Notes under the pieces: generated by a model
Told to the model about the DNA's origin: nothing
Database searches by the model: none
The model's input: the letters and a program-made list of their open reading frames with translations, nothing else
Source of the DNA: Vitreimonas sp.
Lineage (GTDB): Bacteria; Patescibacteriota; Microgenomatia; UBA1400; PJMF01
Assembly (NCBI GenBank): GCA_035627515.1
Contig: DASPLQ010000012.1
Span: forward strand, 778,331 to 842,330
Length of the DNA: 64,000 nucleotides
Direction of reading: 5' to 3'
Translations under genes and position numbers: made by a program
Shown here: in pieces, positions 36,613-46,654 of the stretch
Numbering within the stretch: position 1 is the stretch's first letter
Layout of the letters: the number at the start of each line of letters is the position of its first letter

Positions 36613-39600
36613 ATGCCGACACAGCAACGCGCCTATTGGGGGAAACAACATCGCAACCTTCCCGAGTTAAATTTAGTTAGGTTACAACTACAAAGCTATG
36701 AGCGCTTTTTAAGTAAAGGCATCGGCGAGGCGCTAGCAGAGGTAAATGGTGAAAAAGGTATTGAAGATTTTACCGGCAAAAACTGGCGAATTACTTTTGG
36801 TGAGTATCGCTTTGGTAAGCCTAAATACACCTTAGCCCAAGCTAAGCGTAAGGCTGTCAGCTACGACGTGCCTCTCTACGTAGAAGCTACATTACTCAAT
36901 AAAAAAACTGGCGAAGAGCAAACCCAGGAAGTGTTTTTAGGTGATATTCCTAAGATGACCCCTGTGGGTACCTTTGTGATCAATGGTATTGAGCGGGCAG
37001 TGGTGACGCAGTTAGTGCGCTCTCCAGGTATTTTCTTTTCAGGTGATGAAGATCCAGCGACCGGTCGGATGCTCTACCGGGCTGAACTGCGTCCTAATCG
37101 TGGCTCATGGTTAGAAATTGGTGTTGGTCGTCGCGATGTGATTACAGTTAAGATCGATCGCCGCCGTAAGATGCCAGTTACCGTTTTGTTACGGGCTATG
37201 GGCTATGGCACCGATGAAGAATTATTAGATTTATTCAAAGATCTCAAAGATAAAGATGAATCTGATTTGATTGCCAAAACTATCGAAAAAGATCCTACCA
37301 AGAGCCAAGCAGAAGCTTTAATTGAGCTTTACGAAAAAATGCGCCCTGGTGAGCCAGCCGTGTTAGATAACGCTAAGGAATACTTAAAACAATTATTCTT
37401 CGATCCTCGTCGTTATGATCTGGATGAAGTCGGTCGTTATAAGCTTAACCGTCGCTTGAAGGTCAACGCTGATCAAAAAACCACTGTCCTCACTACTGAA
37501 GACGCCGTGGCTGCTGTTCGTTACTTGATCAAATTACAAAATGGCGAAGGTAAAACTGATGACATCGATCACTTGAGTAACCGCCGCGTTCGCCGGATTG
37601 GTGAGCTCGTCCAAACCAATGCTTTGCGGATTGGTTTAATTCGCTTAGAGCGTTCCATCCGTGAAAAAATGTCTTTGACCAAAACAGATGAAGTTTTAAC
37701 TCCAGCTGCTTTAGTCAATGCTCGGCCGTTGATCGCTACTATCTCTGAATTTTTCCGCCGTAACCGCTTATCCACTATCTTAGATCAAACTAACCCGTTA
37801 TCAGAAATTGATAACCTGCGTCGGTTGTCAGTGATGGGTAGTGGTGGTGTGACTCGTGAGCGCGCCTCATTCTCAATGCGTGACATCAACGCGTCTCAAT
37901 ATTCACGGATTGACCCCGTCCGGTCTCCAGAAGGTCCAAACATCGGTTTGGTTACCTACTTAGCTTTATACGCTCAAGTTAATGATTTTGGTTTCTTAGA
38001 ATCTCCTTATCACAAAGTGGAGAACGTCAAAGGCAAGATGAAGATTTCAGATCAAATCGTATATCTGGCCGCTGATGATGAAGAAGAATACAAAATTACC
38101 CATGCCGGTGTCGAAGTCAGTGATGATGATGTCATTACCCAAGCTTGGGTGCCAATGCGGTCTATGAACCAATTCATCGAAGGCCCAGTAGAAGACGTGC
38201 AGTATATTGACGTCGTTCCTCGCCAAGTGATTGGTACTTCTGCCTCTTTAATTCCCTTTATCTCTCATGACGAAGCTAACCGGGCTTTGATGGGTACGCA
38301 CATGCAATGTCAGGCTGTGCCCTTGATCAAACCTCAAGCTCCGATTGTAGGTACCGGTATGGAAGAAGCCGTAGCTACTGCCATGGGACGCACCGTTCGG
38401 GCTCGCCACAGTGGTGTGGTGAAGTATGTGGACGCTCAGCAAATCGTGATTGATCTGGATACTAAAGAAGTGGCCAAAGCCAAAGATTTAGCTGCCAGTG
38501 ATGAAAATGCGATGGTGACTGTCGAAGGCAGTACTGAGGTCTATCATATCGAAAAGTTTGTCCGTACTTCACAAAGTACTTCATACTCTCAAAAACCAAT
38601 GGTTAGTCTTGGTCAAAAAATCAAAGCTGGTGACATCATTATTGATGGCCCATCTGCTGATGGTGGTGAGTTAGCCTTGGGTGCTAACTTGATCATTGCT
38701 TACACTTCATTTGAAGGATTAGGGTATGAAGACGCGATCGTCATTTCTGATCGTTTAGTCAAAGAAGATGTCTTGACCTCAGTCCAAATCAGTGAGCACC
38801 GCGCTCAAGTGATGGACACCAAGTTAGGTCCTGAAGAATTGACTAACGATATTCCTAATGTTTCTGAGGCTTACTTAAGTAACTTGACGCCTGATGGCAT
38901 TATCCGGGTTGGTTCAGTTGTGGGTGCTGGTGACATCCTGGTGGGTAAGATTGCCCCCAAAGGTGAAACCGAGTTGACTCCAGAAGAGCGGTTATTGCGC
39001 GCTATCTTTGGTGAGAAATCACGCGAAGTTCGTGACACCTCCCTCCGTGTGCCTCACGGTGAAGGTGGTACTGTCATCGAAGTCCAAGTACTCGATCGTA
39101 CTTTAGGTGATGAACTTGACCCTGGTACTAATATGGAAGTGATTGTCAAAGTCGCTCAAACTCGGAAGATCACTGTCGGTGACAAGGTAGCCGGTCGTCA
39201 TGGTAACAAGGGTGTTATCTCGAAGATTGTGCCTCAAGCTGACATGCCTCATCTCGAAGATGGGACTCCAGTCGATATCATCATTTCACCACTGTCAGTC
39301 TTGGCTCGTATGAACTTAGGTCAGCTGTTAGAAGCTCACTTGGGTTGGGCAGCCAGTAAATTAGGCTATAAAGTGGCGATCCCAGCTTTTGAAGAAATTA
39401 ATGAAAGCAAAATTTGGGAAGAGCTCGAGAGAGCTGGTTTACCACGCGATGGTAAAGCTCAATTAATCGATGGCCGCACCGGCTTACCATTTAGTGAGAA
39501 GACCGTGGTTGGTATCGGTTATATCTTGAAGCTGATCCACATGGTGGAAGACAAGACTCATGCTCGGTCCACTGGTCCATACTCGTTAGTCACACAACAA

Positions 39601-40092
39601 CCTTTGGGTGGTAAAGCTCAAATGGGTGGTCAACGGTTGGGAGAAATGGAAGTCTGGGCTTTGGAAGCACACCGAGCTGCGCATACCCTCCAAGAAATGT
39701 TGACGATTAAATCAGATGACGTGATGGGTCGGGCTAAAGCCTTCGAAGCTATCGTTAAAGGTACGCCGATTCCCGCTCCAACAGTGCCTGAGGCCTTTAA
39801 AGTGATGATGCGCGAGTTGAACTCACTTGGTTTGGAAGTTGTGGCTCACGAAGTCAAAGAAGTTGATGACGAAGTCGCCGCTCCAGTTGGAGTAGCTGCT
39901 TTGGTTGCTGATGATCAAGTAATTACTGATGATCAGGCTCAGCTCGTAGCTGATGATGGGATGATCACTACCGATGATCCCGCTGCTCAAAGCGATGATT
40001 CAGATGACGTCAGTACCGATGACGCCGACGACTTGGAGGCGGTTGATGAACCCTCCGAAGCCGATTTAGAAGATGTTAGTGACGAACAATAG
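36613..40092 (+). CDS. rpoB: DNA-directed RNA polymerase beta subunit, with a ~85-aa Asp-rich C-terminal tail
   Basis: Universal RpoB motifs throughout. The start was moved to the ATG at 36613 (MPTQQRAYWG), which has an AAGGAG SD 6 nt upstream. The track ORF extends to 36499 through a hydrophobic non-conserved region. The C-terminus is ...DDQVITDDQAQLVADDGMITTDDPAAQSDDSDDVSTDDADD... Confidence 0.95.
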   Translation: MPTQQRAYWGKQHRNLPELNLVRLQLQSYERFLSKGIGEALAEVNGEKGIEDFTGKNWRITFGEYRFGKPKYTLAQAKRKAVSYDVPLYVEATLLNKKTGEEQTQEVFLGDIPKMTPVGTFVINGIERAVVTQLVRSPGIFFSGDEDPATGRMLYRAELRPNRGSWLEIGVGRRDVITVKIDRRRKMPVTVLLRAMGYGTDEELLDLFKDLKDKDESDLIAKTIEKDPTKSQAEALIELYEKMRPGEPAVLDNAKEYLKQLFFDPRRYDLDEVGRYKLNRRLKVNADQKTTVLTTEDAVAAVRYLIKLQNGEGKTDDIDHLSNRRVRRIGELVQTNALRIGLIRLERSIREKMSLTKTDEVLTPAALVNARPLIATISEFFRRNRLSTILDQTNPLSEIDNLRRLSVMGSGGVTRERASFSMRDINASQYSRIDPVRSPEGPNIGLVTYLALYAQVNDFGFLESPYHKVENVKGKMKISDQIVYLAADDEEEYKITHAGVEVSDDDVITQAWVPMRSMNQFIEGPVEDVQYIDVVPRQVIGTSASLIPFISHDEANRALMGTHMQCQAVPLIKPQAPIVGTGMEEAVATAMGRTVRARHSGVVKYVDAQQIVIDLDTKEVAKAKDLAASDENAMVTVEGSTEVYHIEKFVRTSQSTSYSQKPMVSLGQKIKAGDIIIDGPSADGGELALGANLIIAYTSFEGLGYEDAIVISDRLVKEDVLTSVQISEHRAQVMDTKLGPEELTNDIPNVSEAYLSNLTPDGIIRVGSVVGAGDILVGKIAPKGETELTPEERLLRAIFGEKSREVRDTSLRVPHGEGGTVIEVQVLDRTLGDELDPGTNMEVIVKVAQTRKITVGDKVAGRHGNKGVISKIVPQADMPHLEDGTPVDIIISPLSVLARMNLGQLLEAHLGWAASKLGYKVAIPAFEEINESKIWEELERAGLPRDGKAQLIDGRTGLPFSEKTVVGIGYILKLIHMVEDKTHARSTGPYSLVTQQPLGGKAQMGGQRLGEMEVWALEAHRAAHTLQEMLTIKSDDVMGRAKAFEAIVKGTPIPAPTVPEAFKVMMRELNSLGLEVVAHEVKEVDDEVAAPVGVAALVADDQVITDDQAQLVADDGMITTDDPAAQSDDSDDVSTDDADDLEAVDEPSEADLEDVSDEQ

Positions 40093-40105
40093 GAGTGGAG
40101 CAAAT

Positions 40106-43100
40106 ATGAAACAAATTGTAGATTTTTCTGCCTTACAAATCAAAATTGCTTCACCGCAAACCATTAAATCTTGGTCACATGGTGAAGTCAAAAAACCAGA
40201 AACGATTAACTACCGGTCTTTGAAAGCCGAAAAAGATGGTCTCTTTGATGAGAAGATCTTCGGCCCCATGAAAGATTACGAGTGTTACTGTGGTAAGTAC
40301 AAACGGATTCGTTACAAAGGTATCATCTGTGATAAGTGTGGTGTGGAAGTTACTCAAGCTCGCGTCCGCCGCGAACGCATGGGTCACATTACCTTAGCTG
40401 CTCCGGTGGCTCACATCTGGTTTTTCAAGGGTGCTCCTTCTAAGTTGTCATTACTCTTGGATATCTCACCTCGTAACTTAAGTGCCATCATTTACTTCTC
40501 CCAATACTTAGTGTTGGAAGTGAACTCAGATGATAAAGCTCAAGTCATCGAACAACTTGATGCTGACTTAGTAGCTGCTCAAGACGAGCTGCGCGCTGCA
40601 GCTGAGAAAACCTTACAAAAGGTCAAAGATGACTTGGATACTGATAAAGCCAAGCTCAAAGAAAAAGTTACTAACAAAGAAACGTTAGAACTCAAAACTT
40701 CTGAGCTCGAGCTAAAAGCTAAGCAAGTCATGGCTACGACCAAAGAGCAACTGATCACGCAACTCGAACAAACTGAAGAGATCTACAAAACCGTCAAAGG
40801 TATGGTCAAGAAGATCCGCAAAGGCACGATTCTTTCCGAAGATGAGTACCTCAAGCTTGATGAGTACAACGCCGCTGATCACTTGCGCGTGGGCATGGGT
40901 GCCGAAAGCGTGATGGAACTCGTCCGCGAGCTCGATCTCGATACTTTAGTGGAAAAACTGCGCGTGGAGATGGCCGAAAGCAAAGGTGCCAAGCGCATCA
41001 AAGCTACCAAACGCTTACGCGTCGTGGAAGGTTTACGCAAAGCCAGCATTAACGCCGAGTGGATGTTTATGTCGGTCTTGCCAGTTATCCCTCCCGACCT
41101 GCGTCCGATGGTGCAGTTATCCGGTGGCCGTTTTGCGACTTCGGACTTAAATGACCTCTATCGTCGTGTTATCAATCGTAACAACCGTTTGAAGCACTTG
41201 ATTGAGTTAGGTGCTCCTGACATCATTTTGCGCAACGAAAAACGAATGTTGCAAGAAGCCGTCGACTCCTTGATTGATACCACTCAAGCTCGTCAGTCTC
41301 GCCGCCGTGCTACTCGCCGTCCGTTACGCTCTCTCTCAGAAATGTTGAAGGGTAAGCAAGGTCGGTTCCGTCAAAACTTGCTCGGTAAACGTGTCGACTA
41401 TTCTGGTCGGTCAGTGATCGTAGTCGGTCCTGAACTCAAACTCAATGAGTGTGGTTTACCTAAAGACATGGCTTTGGAAATGTTCAAGCCATACGTGTTA
41501 CGCGAGTTAATCGTCCAAGGTGTAGCTCCTAACGTCAAGAGTGCTCGTCACTTACTCGACCGTCGCGAACCAGTGGTGTATGACATTTTGGAACAAGTGA
41601 CACGCAACCACCCGGTGATTTTGAATCGTGCTCCGACACTTCACAAACTGGGTATGCAAGCCTTCTTCCCACAATTGATTGAAGGTAATGCTATTCGTTT
41701 ACATCCTTGTGTCTGTGCGGGTTATAACGCTGACTTCGACGGTGACCAAGTAGCTGTCCACGTGCCGTTGACCGAAGAAGCTCAGGAAGAAGCTCGTCAA
41801 TTAATGATGGCCACTCACAACTTGTTGAAACCTGCCAATGGTGAACCAATCACTGTGCCTAACAAGGAAATGGCGATGGGTATGTACTTCTACACCTCAG
41901 TTGATGAGAACGTAGATCCTGCTCCGACCATTTTTGCTTCACAAGATGAGGCTTATCATGCGTACCAAGTGGGCATAATTGGTTTACGCCAATTAATCAC
42001 GATCCGCTTGAGTGTCGGTGGCAAATCACAATTGATGAAAACCACCGTTGGTCGCTTAGAGTTCAATGATATCTTGCCAGAAAGTTTGCGCTTTATTAAC
42101 GAAGCCGTCACTGCCAAGAAAATCAAGGAACTGGTGACTACCGCTATCGGTAGCCAACCTCAACACGAAGTGGCTATCTTGATCGACAAGATTAAGAACT
42201 TAGGCTTTAGTGCCGCCACCTTGTCTGGTCTGTCAGTGTCAGTTAGTGACTGTCAAATGCTTGATGAAAAAGACGTCATCATTGGCGAAGCTAACAAAAA
42301 GGCTGAACAAGTCCAAGAGAACTATCTGCAAGGTTTAATCACCAGTGACGAGCGCCGGAAATTGACTTTCGAAATCTGGATGCAAACCACTGATGAAGTG
42401 GCCGAGAAGACCTGGAACTCATATGACGAGAACAACGCCGTCAAGATCATGATTAACTCAGGTGGTACCCGGGCCTCTAAAGACCAAGTAAAGCAGCTGG
42501 CTGCTATGCGGGGTCTCGTCGTTGACCCCTTGGGTAACATCGTGGAAATGCCAACGAAATCAAATTTCCGTCAAGGCTTAACCATCTTTGAGTATGTGAC
42601 TTCTGCTCGTGGTTCACGCAAAGGTTTGACTGACTCAGCTCTGAAAACTGCTGACGCCGGTTACCTGACTCGCCGGTTGGTTGACGTCTCACATGATGTC
42701 ATCATCCGCTTACAAGATTGTGAAACCACTGACAGCCTGACACTGATCAAAGCTGAGCGCCCAGATGTCTTTGCTAACCGTATGGTGGGTAGAGTTGTCG
42801 CTCAAGATGTGGTCATCAAAGGCAAGACGTTAATTACCAAAGGTGAAGTCATCACTGTCGATATTTCTCAACAAATCGATGCAGCTGGCGCCACTGAAAT
42901 TCAAGTCCGGTCCCCATTGACCTGTCAAGCTCCCAAGGGCATGTGTGCCCAGTGTTACGGTTGGGATTTCTCAACCCGTGCCATTGTCGAAATTGGTGTG
43001 CCAGTCGGCGTAGTTGCCGCTCAATCAATTGGTGAACCAGGTACGCAGCTAACAATGCGGGTGAAGCACTCTGGAGGTATCGTCGGTCTCGACGTGACCC

Positions 43101-43858
43101 AAGGTTTGCCTCGTGTGGAAGAGTTGTTTGAAGCTCGGATTCCTAAAACTCCAGCCTTAGTGGCTGAAGTAGCCGGAAAAGTTACGATCGCTGAGACAGA
43201 AGACGGCCGCATTTTGACCATCAAACCTACCAGTGAAGGTGTGGAAGAACGCAGCTATGCTGTGCCTAACAACGCCGTGTTGCTGGTCGGGGAGGGTGAT
43301 TTAGTCCATATGGGTGCGCAATTAAGCGGTGGTTCTATTGATGTCCGCGAGTTACTCCACGTCCGAGGGTTATTGGCTGCACAACAATACGTTGTCAACC
43401 AAATCCAAGCCGTGTACGAATCACAAGGCATTCCTATCCACGACAAGCACTTTGAAGTCATTGTCCGCAAGATGGGTGACAAACTGCAAATTGAAGCTGC
43501 GGGTGACACCGAGTTCTTAACTGGTGAAGTCATCGAACGCTCCAAGTTCATTGCCAACAATGATGCAGTCATCGCCGCTGGTGGTGAGCCTTCAACTGCT
43601 AAGGTCATGATCTTGGGTATTACCCGGTCATCACTCTTTACCAGTTCGTGGTTATCAGCTGCTTCATTCCAACACACTAAGAACGTGTTGACTGATGCCG
43701 CTTCCGCTGGAGCTGTCGATTACCTCGAGGGCTTGAAGGAAAACGTCATCATTGGTCGCTTAATCCCCACTGACTCAGAACGCGCCAGTTTGGATTATGT
43801 CCCACCAGTAGTGGCAGAAGAAATCACCAACACTGAAGAAGTGGTGATGGCAGCCTAA
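40106..43858 (+). CDS. rpoC: DNA-directed RNA polymerase beta' subunit
   Basis: Zn-binding CxxC...CxxC near the N-terminus, catalytic NADFDGD motif, trigger-loop and bridge-helix regions. The start is set at the ATG at 40106 (MKQIVDF), which has a GGAG SD. Confidence 0.95.
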   Translation: MKQIVDFSALQIKIASPQTIKSWSHGEVKKPETINYRSLKAEKDGLFDEKIFGPMKDYECYCGKYKRIRYKGIICDKCGVEVTQARVRRERMGHITLAAPVAHIWFFKGAPSKLSLLLDISPRNLSAIIYFSQYLVLEVNSDDKAQVIEQLDADLVAAQDELRAAAEKTLQKVKDDLDTDKAKLKEKVTNKETLELKTSELELKAKQVMATTKEQLITQLEQTEEIYKTVKGMVKKIRKGTILSEDEYLKLDEYNAADHLRVGMGAESVMELVRELDLDTLVEKLRVEMAESKGAKRIKATKRLRVVEGLRKASINAEWMFMSVLPVIPPDLRPMVQLSGGRFATSDLNDLYRRVINRNNRLKHLIELGAPDIILRNEKRMLQEAVDSLIDTTQARQSRRRATRRPLRSLSEMLKGKQGRFRQNLLGKRVDYSGRSVIVVGPELKLNECGLPKDMALEMFKPYVLRELIVQGVAPNVKSARHLLDRREPVVYDILEQVTRNHPVILNRAPTLHKLGMQAFFPQLIEGNAIRLHPCVCAGYNADFDGDQVAVHVPLTEEAQEEARQLMMATHNLLKPANGEPITVPNKEMAMGMYFYTSVDENVDPAPTIFASQDEAYHAYQVGIIGLRQLITIRLSVGGKSQLMKTTVGRLEFNDILPESLRFINEAVTAKKIKELVTTAIGSQPQHEVAILIDKIKNLGFSAATLSGLSVSVSDCQMLDEKDVIIGEANKKAEQVQENYLQGLITSDERRKLTFEIWMQTTDEVAEKTWNSYDENNAVKIMINSGGTRASKDQVKQLAAMRGLVVDPLGNIVEMPTKSNFRQGLTIFEYVTSARGSRKGLTDSALKTADAGYLTRRLVDVSHDVIIRLQDCETTDSLTLIKAERPDVFANRMVGRVVAQDVVIKGKTLITKGEVITVDISQQIDAAGATEIQVRSPLTCQAPKGMCAQCYGWDFSTRAIVEIGVPVGVVAAQSIGEPGTQLTMRVKHSGGIVGLDVTQGLPRVEELFEARIPKTPALVAEVAGKVTIAETEDGRILTIKPTSEGVEERSYAVPNNAVLLVGEGDLVHMGAQLSGGSIDVRELLHVRGLLAAQQYVVNQIQAVYESQGIPIHDKHFEVIVRKMGDKLQIEAAGDTEFLTGEVIERSKFIANNDAVIAAGGEPSTAKVMILGITRSSLFTSSWLSAASFQHTKNVLTDAASAGAVDYLEGLKENVIIGRLIPTDSERASLDYVPPVVAEEITNTEEVVMAA

Positions 43859-43881
43859 AAGTTCTGTAAAAGGAATTCAGA

Positions 43882-43918
43882 AAAGCCCTGGTCCGCCAAC
43901 TGGCGGATGGGGCTTTTT
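43882..43918 (+). terminator. intrinsic terminator after rpoC
   Basis: GCCCtgGTCCGCC-aact-GGCGGAtgGGGC hairpin followed by TTTTT. Confidence 0.7.
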
Positions 43919-43923
43919 GGTAG

Positions 43924-44130
43924 TTAGCGATACTTTTTACCTTGGGATTTGGGTCGCTCAGGATCATACATTGTGGGAGGCACCCCTCTTAATATCGCTA
44001 CTATTCTTCCTCGTCTTCTAATGAAAATGGGTTGTTGCTGAAAGTAGGCAATATGGAGCAACTCGAAGAAGTCATTCCGAGCTTGTGTAGCTGTTACAAA
44101 GATACGGCTGCGGTTGTAAATAGATTTCAT
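43924..44130 (-). CDS. Phd/YefM-family antitoxin-like protein (68 aa), with no cognate toxin gene adjacent
   Basis: N-terminal ~50 aa (VTATQARNDFFELL...QPIFIRRRGRIVAILRGV) fits the Phd/YefM pattern. TTGCAT direct repeats (operator-like) lie just upstream on its strand. Its 3' end overlaps the rpoC terminator. Confidence 0.5.
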   Translation of the reverse strand: MKSIYNRSRIFVTATQARNDFFELLHIAYFQQQPIFIRRRGRIVAILRGVPPTMYDPERPKSQGKKYR

Positions 44131-44210
44131 ATACGTACTTTATAGGAAATTTCTTGCATTAAGCTTGCATACAGCAAACTCTACCTATCTCAGTATCAAC
44201 CTGTAGAAAA

Positions 44211-44291
44211 GTGAACCTGGACACTGTCTATCGTGTGCAACATGTACATTTTGACTGCAATGACTTGTGTCCAGGCGAACTTCTAAAGGAA
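44211..44291 (+). repeat. copy B of the ~76-nt conserved intergenic element (copy A at 8652..8735)
   Basis: Contains a 9-bp stem CCTGGACAC/GTGTCCAGG around the conserved core ATGTACATTTTGACTGCAATGAC. Same orientation as copy A. Confidence 0.55.
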
Positions 44292-44378
44292 GTGGTCAAG
44301 GCATAAAAAAGCAGCTCATCACAAGGTGTAAAACACAACCTGGTATAATACACATTCATTACTCAATAAGTAATAAAT

Positions 44379-44612
44379 ATGTGTAAAGTAGAGCGGGTGA
44401 GACAAGAGTTACTACAGAGGTTAGATGCTGGCCAAAGTCCTGCCAGACTTCATGAGTGGTTAGCTGAGGAATTTAATGCGGCAGCTTTTGAAGATGATGA
44501 TCCCATTGATTGGGAGGCTTACGATGCTTTATTCATGATGTGCCCGTTGCCTCCTACACGCAGTCAATTAGAATTGGAAACTGTCTTGGACGAGACACCT
44601 TTTACGAGGTGA
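44379..44612 (+). CDS. hypothetical acidic protein (77 aa)
   Basis: ORF with a TATAAT-like box ~30 nt upstream. No motif. Confidence 0.3.
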   Translation: MCKVERVRQELLQRLDAGQSPARLHEWLAEEFNAAAFEDDDPIDWEAYDALFMMCPLPPTRSQLELETVLDETPFTR

Positions 44613-44639
44613 CATGTTTTTAACACAATTCTTTCACTA

Positions 44640-44668
44640 TTGGCTAAGAATTCCTCTTATGTTACAAT
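44640..44668 (+). promoter_or_regulatory. sigma70-like promoter for rpsL-rpsG
   Basis: TTGGCT -17 nt- TACAAT, about 45 nt upstream of rpsL. Confidence 0.55.
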
Positions 44669-44714
44669 CAACGCCTGACTAAAAATAGTTTATAAGTATA
44701 TCTGGAAGTCACGA

Positions 44715-45125
44715 ATGCCAACCATTAACCAACTGATTCGAAAAGGTGGACGGACAAGTAAAGTGAAACGCATCAAAGCTACTGCTTTGCGCCGTAGTTT
44801 TAACACGATTACTAACAGTCCTGTCAAAACCACTAACCCTCAAAAACGAGGTGTGTGTACCGTGGTTAAAACCATGACTCCTAAGAAACCTAACTCAGCC
44901 TTACGTAAAGTAGCTCGTGTCCGCTTGTCCAACAAGATGGAAGTCACGGCTTACATCATGGGTGAAGGTCATAACTTAGCTGAACACAGTATCGTCTTAG
45001 TTCGTGGTGGTCGGGTCAAAGACTTACCTGGTGTGAAGTATCACATCGTCCGCGGTAAATTTGACTGTGCTGGTGTCAATGGTCGTAAGACCAGTCGTAG
45101 TAAATACGGCGTCAAGAAAAGTTAA
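44715..45125 (+). CDS. rpsL: 30S ribosomal protein S12
   Basis: [13 protein letters not shown]...conserved [10 protein letters not shown] and the [12 protein letters not shown] loop. Confidence 0.95.
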   Translation: MPTINQLIRKGGRTSKVKRIKATALRRSFNTITNSPVKTTNPQKRGVCTVVKTMTPKKPNSALRKVARVRLSNKMEVTAYIMGEGHNLAEHSIVLVRGGRVKDLPGVKYHIVRGKFDCAGVNGRKTSRSKYGVKKS

Positions 45126-45198
45126 TTATTAATACTCATACCTTCTCACGATTGGTGAAGAAGGAGTAACCACGCTCAGCGTGGTGAAGAAAGAGCCT

Positions 45199-45675
45199 AT
45201 GCGCGCTAAAAAAGCCAAAGTCAGACAAGCTGTCCCAGACTTCAAATATAACTCCGTTAAGATCGCCCGGTTGATCAACTATGCCATGTATGATGGCAAA
45301 AAAACTGTGGCCCAAAAACAGGTCTATGATGCCTTAGAGCAGATTAGCCAACAATTAAATCGCCCTGCGCCAGAAATTTTAGAAGACGTATTACGCAACG
45401 TGACTCCACAAATGGAAGTCCGTTCTCGCCGCGTGGGTGGTGCTGCTTACCAGGTGCCGATGCCTGTCAAAGGTCGCCGTGGTTCATCACTCTCCTTGCG
45501 CTGGTTAATCCAAGAAGCTCGCAAACGCCCTAACAAGCAATACCACTCCTTTGCTGAGAAATTAGTCGCTGAAATGACTGACGCTCTCAACAATGCTGGT
45601 GGTGCGATCCAACGCAAAGAAACCTCACATCGCATGGCCGAAGCCAACAAGGCTTTCAGTCACTTCCGGTGGTAA
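45199..45675 (+). CDS. rpsG: 30S ribosomal protein S7
   Basis: S7 signature region NYAMYDGKKTVAQKQVYDAL...RRVGGAAYQVP. The start is most likely the ATG at 45199. The track ORF begins at a GTG at 45181. Confidence 0.9.
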   Translation: MRAKKAKVRQAVPDFKYNSVKIARLINYAMYDGKKTVAQKQVYDALEQISQQLNRPAPEILEDVLRNVTPQMEVRSRRVGGAAYQVPMPVKGRRGSSLSLRWLIQEARKRPNKQYHSFAEKLVAEMTDALNNAGGAIQRKETSHRMAEANKAFSHFRW

Positions 45676-45715
45676 GAGTTGGCTATTAAGTAGCTGCCTA
45701 AGACAAGGATAGTTT

Positions 45716-46528
45716 ATGCCTCCAGTTGAACGAGGTATTCGACTAAACGAAGAAGACTTAGCATTACTGGAACAGCTTTTAGCAGCATCTCTCCCTACGG
45801 CGGTTCTATTTGATTTACCGGCAACTGAAGCGACAAAGGAAGTTCTCACGCAATCAGACGAAGTTGAATCACCTCCAGTAACAGCCGAAGAATATCTGAC
45901 TGAATATCAGCTTCAACAAAATCCCACTAAAGATGAGTTACAAATGGCTTTAGAAAATAGTGGTTTGACAGTAGGGGAAGCTCAGCAGTTATTACATAAA
46001 ACTCGCTGGATTATTCCCTGGGATAACCCCTTGCACCTTGCTGAGGTTTTTCACATCATGATTAATTTCACAGATGGAGCTGAACTGAGTTTAAGAACAG
46101 AGAAGGTTGATCATGCTCTAAGCCTTCGGAAACTTAGAAAAACAGACTTAATTTTATTTAGGCAAGCATTATTACTAATAGGCAATCAAAAGAAAACTTT
46201 ATTATCACGAGATATTCGTAATAACCCTAATCTGCTCGAAGGCGTAACCTTGCGTCGTCTTTTAATGGCACATGGCTATGCCCCAAGGCTAGCTACCCAA
46301 GCTGTAAATGGTTTAGTTCGCCATAACTTCATTAATCCTTTTGAACAAGCGGCTAATGAACAGTCAACTGAGGTTATTGAGATGTTGCGTACAGCTGTTA
46401 ATTTAGAAGACTTTGGAGAAAAAGTTTTCAATCGCAGATCATTCTCAATACCAGGCGTAATTCATCATTTAGGTAACATAGGCTTTGAGGCCTTACATGA
46501 TGTGTTTACTAAATTAGAAAATAAATAA
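45716..46528 (+). CDS. hypothetical protein H1 (270 aa), inserted between rpsG and fusA
   Basis: Starts 40 nt after rpsG with no intervening promoter. No known motif. Confidence 0.45.
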   Translation: MPPVERGIRLNEEDLALLEQLLAASLPTAVLFDLPATEATKEVLTQSDEVESPPVTAEEYLTEYQLQQNPTKDELQMALENSGLTVGEAQQLLHKTRWIIPWDNPLHLAEVFHIMINFTDGAELSLRTEKVDHALSLRKLRKTDLILFRQALLLIGNQKKTLLSRDIRNNPNLLEGVTLRRLLMAHGYAPRLATQAVNGLVRHNFINPFEQAANEQSTEVIEMLRTAVNLEDFGEKVFNRRSFSIPGVIHHLGNIGFEALHDVFTKLENK

Positions 46529-46654
46529 CTCACCCCTTTTCCTGTATTGATTTCGGCGTATAATCACTTTTTGTTACACATCCATGGCGGATGAAAAACG
46601 TAGTAAAAGGGCTGGCTAGAAGGTACTAAATTCCATTTTTAGCCTGGATTTTTT

